Source: Actinomycetota bacterium (GTDB lineage: Bacteria; Actinomycetota; Acidimicrobiia; Acidimicrobiales; UBA10347). Taken from it: 64,000 nucleotides of DNA. Positions within the stretch are counted from its first letter, which is position 1. Each line of letters starts with the position of its first letter. Where the stretch lies: the NCBI GenBank assembly GCA_039028435.1, contig JBCCIC010000011.1, positions 102,761-166,760 on the forward strand, written 5' to 3'. The notes below the pieces were generated by a model. The model had not been told where the DNA came from. It saw only the letters and a list, made by a program, of their open reading frames with translations, and searched no databases. Both the position numbers and the translations under genes were made by a program. This document shows positions 25,565-34,766 of this stretch, piece after piece.

Positions 25565-28078
25565 ATGTCCGGTGACCCCGACTTGGATCTGATCGACGCG
25601 ATCGGCGTCTGGGCTGCCAGCGCGCCCGATCTCGACGGTGACGACGCCCTTGCGATCGCGCGGCTTCAGGTGGCCATGGAGGACGGGCAGTGGGGCGACG
25701 TGGCTTTGGCGGATATCACCGCCATGGATCTCGAGACCCTCAAGGCGGACCTCTACGAGATCGAGTCTCCTGACTACACCGCGTGGATCCTCGATCAGGT
25801 GCTCGAGACCTTCGACCACGACGTGCACGCCGTTGCGGCGCCCGCGAACGACTCAGCGCCTCTGGACGGCGCGGCTGCGGTTGAGTTCGACGAGCGGGAC
25901 CTCGAGAGCTCGGCCGAGGGCGACAGCGCGTTCATCGATGACGAAGACGCAGATGGCGGGGACGCCGATACCGATGTTGGCGACCCCGATGACGACGACC
26001 CCGAGGAGGACGACGCGGTCTCCGACGAGGAAGACGAGCCGCACGACGAAGACGACGCCGAAGACGACCCCGACGACGAAGAGGGCGCCGACGAGGACGG
26101 CGACGACACCGAACCGATCGACGAAGACGTCGAACCCGAAGACGTAGAACCCGAAGACCAGGCCGGCGACGCCGAGCAGGCGGACGACGAACACCTCGAA
26201 CCCGAAGACCAAGCCGACGACGTCCCCGACGAAGACCGGACCGACGACGCCGACCACGACGCGGAACCCGACGAAGACCAGGGCGACGAAGACCAGGGCG
26301 ACGCAGACCAGGGCGACGACGCAGACACCGCCGACGACGATCCCGACGAGGACACCACCGAAGAAGAAGAAGAAGAAGACGACGACGAAGAAGAAGAAGA
26401 CGACACCACCGACGACGGCGCCTTCGCATCCTTGGCCCAAACAGGCGGCGCATTCTCGGTCGTCCTCGACCCGACCGAGGGGCCATCGGCCGAGGGCGAC
26501 CAGACGGACGACGATGCGGAAGACGACACCGCCGGCGACGCGTCGGCTAGCTCCGTCGACTCCGACACAGGCCGCGGCTCGAACGAGGACGACGCAGACG
26601 CTGGCGAATCAGAAGGGCACGACAAACCCGGCAAGGCGCGCGATAGCGGGGAGTCCGACGAACCGCCGATCGTGGACATCCACGATCACGCCGATGCGGC
26701 GGTCCAGGACGAGTTCTTCGCCCAGCTCAACATGGCGACCAACGTCAGCGTCACGGGCGCTGCACCGCCCGATTTGCGTGACGGCCCCGACATCCTGGGT
26801 CCGTCGTTTCTCGCACCGGCCGAACCCACCGGCAGCGGCCGACGAATCGGCCTTGCCGTCCTCGCCGTCGCTGCGGTGGCGGTGTTCATCGTCGCGGGCC
26901 TCCAGCTGGTCAACGATGTCAGCGATCCCGAGGACGACGAGGTCGCCGTAGAGGTCGACGACACAGAAAACACCGACGACTCCGATCGCGAAGCTGACGC
27001 TGTCGACGACGATTCCGATAGCGACCCCGACGAGGGGGCCGAAGACGAAGCCGACGGAAGCGACGTCGACACGACCGAAGGGGACGAAGCGGAAGAATCC
27101 GGCGCTGACCCGGCACCGACCGTCACGCCGACACCGGCGCCCACACCGATGCCTGACGGCAGCGAAACCGCGGTGATCCTCACCGAGGACGGCGATGTCT
27201 GGGCGATGGGGCTGCTCGATGGCGATGTCGGTGAGCCCTGGCAGATCCACGATGCTGAGAGCGACGAACCTGCCGTCGCCATATCGACGGTCGCGGCCGG
27301 GATCTCGCTCATCGACGAGGCCGGCGACGCGTACATCATCAACCTGACCGATCCGACCGAGCGGGCGCGGGTGTGGCGCTCGGACCGCCTCGGTGCGATC
27401 GATCAGCTCATACAAGTCGGCGACTCCTATGCCGCGCTCAGTCGGTCCGGCTCCATTGCGTTGTTCGACACGAACCGGGCGGCCACCGCACTTGCCATCG
27501 ACCTGCTGTGGGACACCTCGATCGGGGGAACGCCGCCAGCGAAGCAGTTGGACGCCTACATCGACCTGATGCCGTTCGTTCTGGCCAACGGCGACATTCA
27601 GATGGCGGTCACCAGCGCCGAGGAAATCCCGGTCGTGCCGGTCTGGAGCGCAACCGAGCAACCTCGCGCCTTCAATCTGTCCATCGGCGAGCACGGCATG
27701 CTCATGGGTGTGGGCGCCGGCGCGGTCGGTCGCTACCAGTGGTTCGAGGACGCGCCCCCGGTCAGCGCTCTTTGGGATCCGCTCGACGGTTCACGCTTGC
27801 CGGCCATCGGCTACGCAGGGTTGCCCGATGGCGGCGCGATCGTGCTCAACAGCGGCACGGTCGTCTCGGTCACCACCGACGGTGAGACCTCGGTGATCTG
27901 GGACGCCGAGGTCAGCGACACGCGGGTCTCGCGTGCCGTTGCCGGGGGTGACGAGCTTCTCCTACTCGCCGAGGACGGCTCACTCGTTCGCACCGATGGC
28001 GACAATGGAAGCGTCATCTGGGAAGCCGATCGCGACGACAACGGAGCCACCGTCGACTTCCTCGTCATCGACTCCTGA
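25565..28078 (+). CDS. Hypothetical single-pass membrane protein. It has an N-terminal globular domain, about 330 aa of Asp/Glu-rich low complexity, a TM helix, a second acidic linker and a C-terminal beta-propeller-like repeat domain.
   Basis: TM helix IGLAVLAVAAVAVFIVAGLQLV. Acidic tracts such as DEDQGDEDQGDADQGDD and TTEEEEEEDDDEEEEDD. The C-terminus has recurring short strand motifs (GDVWAMG, GDAYIINL, GSIALFDT, GTVVSVTTDGETSVIWD, DGSLVRTDGDNGSVIWE). Confidence 0.7.
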   Translation: MSGDPDLDLIDAIGVWAASAPDLDGDDALAIARLQVAMEDGQWGDVALADITAMDLETLKADLYEIESPDYTAWILDQVLETFDHDVHAVAAPANDSAPLDGAAAVEFDERDLESSAEGDSAFIDDEDADGGDADTDVGDPDDDDPEEDDAVSDEEDEPHDEDDAEDDPDDEEGADEDGDDTEPIDEDVEPEDVEPEDQAGDAEQADDEHLEPEDQADDVPDEDRTDDADHDAEPDEDQGDEDQGDADQGDDADTADDDPDEDTTEEEEEEDDDEEEEDDTTDDGAFASLAQTGGAFSVVLDPTEGPSAEGDQTDDDAEDDTAGDASASSVDSDTGRGSNEDDADAGESEGHDKPGKARDSGESDEPPIVDIHDHADAAVQDEFFAQLNMATNVSVTGAAPPDLRDGPDILGPSFLAPAEPTGSGRRIGLAVLAVAAVAVFIVAGLQLVNDVSDPEDDEVAVEVDDTENTDDSDREADAVDDDSDSDPDEGAEDEADGSDVDTTEGDEAEESGADPAPTVTPTPAPTPMPDGSETAVILTEDGDVWAMGLLDGDVGEPWQIHDAESDEPAVAISTVAAGISLIDEAGDAYIINLTDPTERARVWRSDRLGAIDQLIQVGDSYAALSRSGSIALFDTNRAATALAIDLLWDTSIGGTPPAKQLDAYIDLMPFVLANGDIQMAVTSAEEIPVVPVWSATEQPRAFNLSIGEHGMLMGVGAGAVGRYQWFEDAPPVSALWDPLDGSRLPAIGYAGLPDGGAIVLNSGTVVSVTTDGETSVIWDAEVSDTRVSRAVAGGDELLLLAEDGSLVRTDGDNGSVIWEADRDDNGATVDFLVIDS
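26273..26404. repeat. In-frame coding microsatellites: a 15-bp unit x3, then (GAA)6-(GAC)3-(GAA)4
   Basis: gaagaccagggcgac at 26273-26287 and 26288-26302, and gcagaccagggcgac at 26303-26317. The GAA/GAC run spans 26360-26398. Confidence 0.9.
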
Positions 28079-28619
28079 GGTCGATCTGGGCCAGCACGCT
28101 GCGGTCGGCAAGGTCGACGGCATTCGACTGCACCGCAGCCAACAACTCCGCCAATGCGACGCTGTCGTCGTGATGGTCGATCTCGATGAAGCGCAGCCAA
28201 CGCATGACATGAGCGTCGGCGATCGGGCGGCAGAACTCGAGTAACGCAGTGGTCTCCCGCAACAGCCACGGATAGGCCTCCCGCACGACCGCGGCGACGC
28301 GTGCCGCGGTTCGATCGGGCTCGGTCAGGGCGCCCAGCAGCGAGATGGCGTCGTCCCAGCCCTGCGTCGGAGGACGTGGCCGCGTGGTCTCGCGGAGCGC
28401 GTCGGACGTGGGCAGACAGTCTTCGAGAATCTCGGCGTGCCAGTAGTGGTGAGCGGCCGCGCCGGCGAAGGCAATCGAAGCGCCTGCGTGCGACTCGATA
28501 CGGCTCCAGGCGTCAAGGAGCTCGCCAATGCGGCGCTCCACCCATACAAGCCCGGCCAACCGCTCCCCCAGTTCGGCGAGTGGAAACCAGTCGTCGGTCG
28601 GGTCGACCTCGTCGGTCAC
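28065..28619 (-). CDS. Hypothetical protein (184 aa), probably co-transcribed after nadE
   Basis: An open frame with GC3 bias that starts 7 nt after the nadE stop. I recognise no motif. The His-rich patch AAAHHYWHAEILEDC loosely resembles the DinB/helix-bundle type. Confidence 0.5.
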   Translation of the reverse strand: MTDEVDPTDDWFPLAELGERLAGLVWVERRIGELLDAWSRIESHAGASIAFAGAAAHHYWHAEILEDCLPTSDALRETTRPRPPTQGWDDAISLLGALTEPDRTAARVAAVVREAYPWLLRETTALLEFCRPIADAHVMRWLRFIEIDHHDDSVALAELLAAVQSNAVDLADRSVLAQIDLRSR

Positions 28620-28625
28620 GGCCCG

Positions 28626-30344
28626 CTATCCGGGAAGGCCGCGATACCGGTTCGTGATCGGCATGCGACGATCACGGCCGAATGCCTTGCGCGACACGCG
28701 TGCTCCGATCGGGTTCTGTCGACGCTTGAACTCGGCGATGTCGACCAGCCGAGCGATGCGGGTGACGATCGCCTCGTCGTGGCCTGCCGCGATCAGATCG
28801 GCGGCGGTGCGATCGTTCTCGACGAGTTCGATGAGCAGCGGGTCGAGCACTTCGTAGGGCGGAAGGCTCTGGTCGTCGCGCTGATCCGGTCGCAGCTCAG
28901 CCGATGGTGCTTTGGTCAGGACGTGGGCCGGAATGATCTCGGCCCCGGCGCGCTCGTTGTACCAGCGGCAGAGGTCGTAGACGGTGAGCTTCCAGACGTC
29001 CTTGATGACCGCGTAGGCGCCGGCGGTGTCGCCATAGAGCGTGGAGTAGCCGACGGCGGTTTCGGACTTGTTGCCAGTCGTGAGCACCAGCCAGCCGAAC
29101 TTGTTGGCGAGCGCCATGAGCAGGACGCCGCGGACGCGGCTCTGGAGGTTCTCCTCGGTCACGTTGGCCTCCAGCCCGGCAAAGGAGGGCGCCAGCATGT
29201 CCAGGAACGCCGAGTGACCCGGCTCGATCGCGATCGTGCGATGGTCGATGCCGAGATTGATCGAGAGCTTCTCTGCGTCGCTGACCGAATGGTCGGACGA
29301 GTACCGACTCGGCATGAGCACGGCGTGAACGTGCTCGGGTCCCAGCGCTTCTGCGGCGACGACCGCGACGAGTGTTGAGTCGATGCCACCGGAGAGCCCG
29401 AAGCAGATGTCGGTGAATCCGTTGTTGTGCACGTAGTCGCGGGTGGCGAGGACGAGCGCTCCCCAGAGCTCTTCGAGCGGTTCGGGCATCGGCTCGACGA
29501 TCGGCGGGAGCCCCGACACCGATGCGGTCGGCCGATCCGACACCAGGATCGGTTCGCTGGTGGTCGGTCGGACTTCGGCCACGTCGAAGTCGGCGATCAG
29601 GACCTGCTCCTCGAAGAAGCGCCCTTGGGCAACGAGGCAGCCGTCGGCGGCCATCACGATCGAGCCTCCGGAGAAGACCAGCTCGTCCTGGCCGCCGATC
29701 AGATTGCAGTAGGCCAGGGGTGCGCCGGTCTCCTCGACGCGTCGCCGCACCAGTGCTTCTCGCACGCTCGGCTTGCCCTGGTAGTAGGGCGAGGCATTGA
29801 TGTTGAGGATGAACTGTGCGCCGGCGTCGCCGAGCTGGTTGACCGGTCCGCCGTCGATCCAGAGGTCCTCGCAGATCGACACGCCGACGGTCACCCCGTT
29901 GATCGACCAGAGGGGAACCTCGATGCCGGGTGTGAAGTAGCGCTTCTCGTCGAACACCTGGTAGTTCGGCAGTTCGTGCTTGCGGTACGAGCCGATCACC
30001 TCGCCCTTCGCGCAGACCGCAGCGGAGTTGTGGATCGTCGGAAATCCGCTGCCGATCGTGGTGCCTTCGCCCGGCTCGACGTAGCCGACGACCGCGGCCG
30101 TGGTCGTCGTGGCGGCGGCGAGGCGTTCGAGTGCGGCGACATTGTCGGCCACGAAGCTCGGCTTGTACACGAGGTCTTCGGGTGGGTAGCCGGGGATCGT
30201 CAGCTCAGGGAAGATGGCGACGTCGCACCCAGCCTCGGTGGCCGTACGGAGTGCCTCGATCGCCAGATCGGTGTTGTATTCGATTGCCCCGACGATCGTG
30301 TCGATCTGGCACAGGGCGACGCGAAGCGTCCCGGATTCAGCCAC
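28626..30344 (-). CDS. nadE: Glutamine-dependent NAD+ synthetase
   Basis: N-terminal CN-hydrolase domain (LRVALCQID...FPEL...CEDLW). C-terminal PP-loop FGLSGGIDSTLVA and YGDTAG motifs. Confidence 0.93.
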   Translation of the reverse strand: MAESGTLRVALCQIDTIVGAIEYNTDLAIEALRTATEAGCDVAIFPELTIPGYPPEDLVYKPSFVADNVAALERLAAATTTTAAVVGYVEPGEGTTIGSGFPTIHNSAAVCAKGEVIGSYRKHELPNYQVFDEKRYFTPGIEVPLWSINGVTVGVSICEDLWIDGGPVNQLGDAGAQFILNINASPYYQGKPSVREALVRRRVEETGAPLAYCNLIGGQDELVFSGGSIVMAADGCLVAQGRFFEEQVLIADFDVAEVRPTTSEPILVSDRPTASVSGLPPIVEPMPEPLEELWGALVLATRDYVHNNGFTDICFGLSGGIDSTLVAVVAAEALGPEHVHAVLMPSRYSSDHSVSDAEKLSINLGIDHRTIAIEPGHSAFLDMLAPSFAGLEANVTEENLQSRVRGVLLMALANKFGWLVLTTGNKSETAVGYSTLYGDTAGAYAVIKDVWKLTVYDLCRWYNERAGAEIIPAHVLTKAPSAELRPDQRDDQSLPPYEVLDPLLIELVENDRTAADLIAAGHDEAIVTRIARLVDIAEFKRRQNPIGARVSRKAFGRDRRMPITNRYRGLPG

Positions 30345-30409
30345 GTGCTCAGGCTACGCGCTGGCCCCGCGAAGTCGTCAGCCGTTTGGTGGCCCGAGGC
30401 CAGCAGGTC

Positions 30410-31153
30410 TCAGGCAACGGTGGCGGCGATTTCGATCGATTGCGCCGCGAACTCCGGCCGGCAGATCAACAGATCCGGTAGGTAGGGATCGGCGGTGTTG
30501 TAGATCAGCGCTGAGCCATCCAGGCGAGTTGCGTGGAGCCCGGCCGCGAGACACACGGCCACCGGGGCGCACGAATCCCACTCGTACTGACCGCCGGTAT
30601 GGGCGTAGATGTCGGCCTCGCCGCGCACGACCGCCATCGCCTTCGCACCCGCGGAGCCCATGTAGACCATCTCGCCACCGAGCTCCTCGGCGATCGCCTC
30701 GGCCGCCGGGCCGGGCCGAGTGCGGCTGGCGATGACCCTCGGGGCACTCGGTCCTGGCGGCACGCTCGGCGCATCACCGGTGTCGAGGGTCAGCCCGAGC
30801 CCGGGCAATGCGACCGCACCTGCGACGGGAGCACCTCCGACGACGAGCGCGACATGGACCGCCCAGTCGGTCCGCGGGATCTCGCCGAACTCGCGGGTGC
30901 CGTCGAGCGGATCGACGATCCAGGTCCGGGTCGCATCGAGCCTTGCGAGGTCGTCTTTGCCTTCCTCCGACAGGACGGCATCATCGGGTCGGGCGTCGCC
31001 GAGGCCGGCCATCAGGTATTCGTGGGCCCGCCGATCACCCTCGTCCTTGCGCACGGTCGGCTCTGCGTCGGCGAGTTCTTCGCGCACGTGCAGCAGCAGC
31101 TCGCCGGCCCCGGTCGCCAGACGGGCCGCCAGTTGATCGTCGGTTTCGCTCAC
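30410..31153 (-). CDS. cysQ: 3'(2'),5'-bisphosphate nucleotidase (CysQ) / inositol monophosphatase family
   Basis: LSEEG...WIVDPLDGTREF...DWAVHVAL...WDSCAP. Start moved to GTG 31153 (VSETDDQL). The track start 31225 would overlap glf and cover the intergenic palindrome. Confidence 0.72.
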   Translation of the reverse strand: MSETDDQLAARLATGAGELLLHVREELADAEPTVRKDEGDRRAHEYLMAGLGDARPDDAVLSEEGKDDLARLDATRTWIVDPLDGTREFGEIPRTDWAVHVALVVGGAPVAGAVALPGLGLTLDTGDAPSVPPGPSAPRVIASRTRPGPAAEAIAEELGGEMVYMGSAGAKAMAVVRGEADIYAHTGGQYEWDSCAPVAVCLAAGLHATRLDGSALIYNTADPYLPDLLICRPEFAAQSIEIAATVA

Positions 31154-31161
31154 TTGCCCGA

Positions 31162-31196
31162 CTGTAACGATTGGTGCCTGGCACCGATCGTTACAG
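31162..31196. promoter_or_regulatory. 35-bp near-perfect palindrome in the cysQ/glf divergent intergenic region (candidate operator)
   Basis: ctgtaacgattggtgcc-t-ggcaccgatcgttacag, with one mismatch between the arms. The core GGTGCCTGGCACC plus TGTAACG-N3 recurs at 20290-20312. Confidence 0.5.
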
Positions 31197-31218
31197 AGGG
31201 CCGAGATACTCTCGCTCC

Positions 31219-32361
31219 GTGGCATCGATCGGGATCGCGGGCGCCGGCTTCTCGGGTGCGGTGATCGGCCGAGCCCTCGCCGATGCTGGCCACAACGTCG
31301 AGGTCTTCGACACCCGTGAGCATGTCGGCGGGAACTGCTTCACCGAGCGTCGGGACAACGGCGTGATGGTGCACCGCTACGGGCCCCACATCTTCCACAC
31401 CGACGACGAACGCGTGTGGGAGTACATCAATCGCTTCGGCGACATGCGGCCCTACAACCACCGGGTGAAGACGACCGTGCGAGGTGCCGTCTACTCGCTT
31501 CCCGTCAACCTCCACACGATCAACCAGGTCTTCGACGAGACGCTGGCACCCCACGAGGCGGAGCGCTTTCTCCAGTCGCAGACCGAGGACATCGCCGAAC
31601 CGGCCGACTTCGAGGAGCAGGCGCTCTCGATGGTCGGCCGACGGCTCTACGAGCTCTTCTTCGAGGGCTACACCCGCAAGCAGTGGGGCTGTGCGCCGAG
31701 TCAGCTACCGGCGTCGATCCTGAAGCGGCTGCCGGTGCGGTTCAACTACGACGACTCGTACTTCAACCATCCACACCAGGCGATCCCCGCCGACGGCTAC
31801 ACGCCGATCGTCGAGGCAATCCTCGATCATCCGGGCATCGCGGTTCGTCTGGGCACCGCGCTCGAGACCGACGATCGTTCGCGGTTCGACCACGTGGTGT
31901 GGAGCGGTCCGCTCGACGCCTACTTCGACCACGAACTCGGCCGACTCGGCTATCGCACCCTCGACTTCGAGGAGTTCGAGTTCGATGGCGACTTCCAAGG
32001 CACGCCGGTCATGAACTACGGCGACGCCGACGTGCCGTACACCCGGATCACCGAGCACAAGCACTTTGCCCCGTGGGAATCGCACCACGCGTCGGTCTGC
32101 TACCGGGAGTTCAGCCGAGCCCACGAGCCGGGCGACATCGAGTACTACCCGGTGCGCCTGGTCGATGACAAGGCCCTGCTCGACCGCTACCTCGAACGGG
32201 CCGAGCGCGAGGTGGGCGTGACCTTCGTCGGGCGCCTCGGCACGTACCGCTACCTCGACATGGACGTCACGATCGGCGAAGCGTTGGCGGCAGGCGACGC
32301 TCTGGTTCGGACGTTGGCCGCGGGCGCCGCACCAAAGCCGTTCTACGTCGACCCGCGCTGA
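31219..32361 (+). CDS. glf: UDP-galactopyranose mutase
   Basis: VASIGIAGAGFSGAVIGRALA...VFDTREHVGGNCFTE...VHRYGPHIFHT...YTRKQWG...EYPVR family motifs. Start at GTG 31219. Confidence 0.9.
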   Translation: MASIGIAGAGFSGAVIGRALADAGHNVEVFDTREHVGGNCFTERRDNGVMVHRYGPHIFHTDDERVWEYINRFGDMRPYNHRVKTTVRGAVYSLPVNLHTINQVFDETLAPHEAERFLQSQTEDIAEPADFEEQALSMVGRRLYELFFEGYTRKQWGCAPSQLPASILKRLPVRFNYDDSYFNHPHQAIPADGYTPIVEAILDHPGIAVRLGTALETDDRSRFDHVVWSGPLDAYFDHELGRLGYRTLDFEEFEFDGDFQGTPVMNYGDADVPYTRITEHKHFAPWESHHASVCYREFSRAHEPGDIEYYPVRLVDDKALLDRYLERAEREVGVTFVGRLGTYRYLDMDVTIGEALAAGDALVRTLAAGAAPKPFYVDPR

Positions 32362-32366
32362 CCTGC

Positions 32367-33329
32367 TCAGCCGCGTCGGAAGAGCGACGCGAGCGCCGAA
32401 CGCAGGAAGTTGGTCCCCCAACTCAGGTGCATCGTGACGAGGGCCGCACCGGTGACGAGCCGTTGTCCGATCGGACCGGCACTCGCGAGTCCGGCGGCGA
32501 GCACTGCGGAGATGTACGCACCGGGGATCAGGAGCCACCACGGGCTCACGAGCGCGGCGAGGACGATGCCGGCCGCGAGAACGATGACGATGACCGGCGC
32601 GGCGAGCTGGCGGAGCTTGAGCGACCGGGGGTGTGCCCGGATGGTCTGCAGACGCCACCAGCCGTAATGCCAGTACTGGTTGGCCAGCGCTCGCAGTGAA
32701 TCGCGGGGTCGGTAGTCGACGACGAGACGGGGATCGAGCCAGACGTGGTGTCCCGCCTCGCTGATACGAATATTGAGCTCGGCGTCTTCGTTGCGAGCAA
32801 ACCGCTCGTCCCATCCGCCGATCGAACGCAGGACGGCGATGTCGAAGAACCCGAGAAACGCCGTATCGACCACCCGGCGCTCGCTCCCCTCACGATACGC
32901 GGCGCCACCCGAGCCGGCACGGCCACCCATCGCCGCGGCGATCGCTCGCTCGGTCCGGGTCTGGCCGACCGGTCGCTGCACGGCTCCGACATTGGCCGCG
33001 TACTCCGCCTCATAGGTCTCCAGCGCGTTCTCGACGTAGTCGGCCGGCAGCACGGAGTGCGCGTCGAGTCTCAGCAAGATCGCGCCCGATGCCGCTCCCA
33101 GGCCGAGGTTCAGGGCCTGGGGAATCCCACCATGCTCGTTCTCGAGCACGCGCACCGGCTCGTGTTGCCCGGCGAGTCGGGCGGCAACGTCCTCGGATCC
33201 GTCGTGGCTCGGACCGACACAGAGCAGCACCTCGAACACGTGAGGTTGCGCCAGGACCGACTCGACCGCGTCCGACAAGTCGTCGGCGTTGTTGCGAACC
33301 GGGATCACGGCGGAGATCCGGGGTGCCAT
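32367..33329 (-). CDS. Family-2 glycosyltransferase with a C-terminal membrane region
   Basis: ISAVIPVRNNADDLSDAVESVLAQ...LRLDAHS...NEDAELNIR (the DxD-like and ED motifs of GT2). Hydrophobic C-terminus. Confidence 0.85.
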   Translation of the reverse strand: MAPRISAVIPVRNNADDLSDAVESVLAQPHVFEVLLCVGPSHDGSEDVAARLAGQHEPVRVLENEHGGIPQALNLGLGAASGAILLRLDAHSVLPADYVENALETYEAEYAANVGAVQRPVGQTRTERAIAAAMGGRAGSGGAAYREGSERRVVDTAFLGFFDIAVLRSIGGWDERFARNEDAELNIRISEAGHHVWLDPRLVVDYRPRDSLRALANQYWHYGWWRLQTIRAHPRSLKLRQLAAPVIVIVLAAGIVLAALVSPWWLLIPGAYISAVLAAGLASAGPIGQRLVTGAALVTMHLSWGTNFLRSALASLFRRG

Positions 33330-33383
33330 CGCCGCGATGCTACGACGCGCCTGTCGGCTGCGGCCTGATGGCTACCCTCGTCA

Positions 33384-34766
33384 GTGGTGTCACTGGAGGA
33401 ACAACAGGATCGCGCCCTCAAAGGTGCGAGCGAGCGGGTTGCGCCGCGCTTCGGCGCGCGCCTGGGCTCTGATACCGGCTTCCGCTGGATGTACGTCGTC
33501 GACGTCATCACACTCTTCGGACTCATGCTGCTCGTCACCACGGTGCGTTTCGGCTTCACCTGGCCCGACTTCAGCCGGACGGAGTACTACCTGGGCTTTG
33601 CCATCGCGCTCGTGATCCACCTGACCGTGTCGTATTTCGGTGGCCTCTACGATCGCGAGAACAACCTCGGCCAGGTCTCACGGTTGCCTCGCATTGCGGG
33701 TGTCACCGGACTCGCCGTGCTGCTCGATGCGGCGGTGTCGCTCGGCGCCGACAAGTTCGTCATGCCCCGGCTCAATCTCGCGATCTTCGGCATTCTCGCT
33801 GCGCTGACGATGACCTTCAGCCGCTGGCTCGCACAGTCGGTGCGCACCGCTCGATTCGGCCGGCCGCGAGTGCTCCTCGTCGGTACGCCCGACGACATCG
33901 ATCGCGCCGAGGACCATCTGATGGAGTCCGATCGTGACGCACGGATCGTGGGCCGACGCAGCGACGTCGCCGATCTCGCAGCTGCGGTGCAAGAGACCGA
34001 CGCCACCGACGTGCTGCTGCTCAGCGGCAGTCCGATCTCCGACATCTACCCGAGCCCCCTCGCCGAGCTCGAGGACCGACGCATCGGCGTCTACCACCGA
34101 CTCACACCGTCGGACACCCTGCTCGGGGTCAACAAGACCCGACAGATCGCGGGCATGCCGTTCATCTCGCTGCGGAATCACGCGCTACCGCCGAGCAAAG
34201 CTCACTTCAAACGGCTGCTCGACCTGCTGTATTTGTTCGTCGCGTCGCCGATCGTGATCGTCGTCTCGCTACTCGTCTTCGCCTATGCGATGATCGTCGC
34301 CGGGCGACCGATCTTCTTCCGCCAAACGCGGGTTGGCCGACGAGGTCAAACCTTCACCATGGTCAAGCTGCGCACCATGTATCTCGGCGCCGAGGACGCA
34401 ACGGGCCCGGTGTTGGCCGACCGCAACGACGATCGAGTGATCCCGGCGATGGCCTGGATGCGCAAGATGCGCTTCGATGAGATCCCGCAGATCTGGAACG
34501 TCATCAAAGGGGACATGTCGCTGGTCGGGCCGCGGCCGGAGCGTCCGGAGCTTGCCGAGGACTTCGAGACGCTGCTCCCCGGCTACGGCCGCCGCCACGA
34601 CATCCGGCCCGGCATCACCGGCCTGGCCCAGGTGCAGGGCAGCTACCACACCGATCCGGGCTTCAAGCTCGGCCACGACCTGCAGTACCTGGTGAACTGG
34701 TCGCCGATTCTCGACCTGACGATCATCGTCCGAACGGTCGGCGTGGTGATCCTTCGGAAGATCTAG
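33384..34766 (+). CDS. Polyprenyl-phosphate glycosyl-phosphotransferase (bacterial sugar transferase, WbaP/EpsB-type priming enzyme)
   Basis: N-terminal TM segments and a central Rossmann-like region. C-terminus PIFFRQTRVGRRGQTFTMVKLRTM...DEIPQIWNVIKGDMSLVGPRPERP. The exact start is uncertain. Confidence 0.88.
   Translation: MVSLEEQQDRALKGASERVAPRFGARLGSDTGFRWMYVVDVITLFGLMLLVTTVRFGFTWPDFSRTEYYLGFAIALVIHLTVSYFGGLYDRENNLGQVSRLPRIAGVTGLAVLLDAAVSLGADKFVMPRLNLAIFGILAALTMTFSRWLAQSVRTARFGRPRVLLVGTPDDIDRAEDHLMESDRDARIVGRRSDVADLAAAVQETDATDVLLLSGSPISDIYPSPLAELEDRRIGVYHRLTPSDTLLGVNKTRQIAGMPFISLRNHALPPSKAHFKRLLDLLYLFVASPIVIVVSLLVFAYAMIVAGRPIFFRQTRVGRRGQTFTMVKLRTMYLGAEDATGPVLADRNDDRVIPAMAWMRKMRFDEIPQIWNVIKGDMSLVGPRPERPELAEDFETLLPGYGRRHDIRPGITGLAQVQGSYHTDPGFKLGHDLQYLVNWSPILDLTIIVRTVGVVILRKI

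Noticed and set aside
25795-26679. 294-aa Ser-rich minus ORF and the Val/Phe-rich ORF 25853..26440
   Set aside because: They are reverse-complement readings of the GAC/GAA-rich acidic tract. The plus-strand ORF is continuous for 837 aa, with a TM helix and a structured C-terminus.
31154-31225. Overlapping 5' ends of cysQ (track start 31225) and glf (track start 31171)
   Set aside because: Both extensions encode non-conserved sequence and would bury the 35-bp palindrome in two coding frames. The downstream GTG starts give N-termini typical of the families (VASIGIAGAGFSG for Glf).
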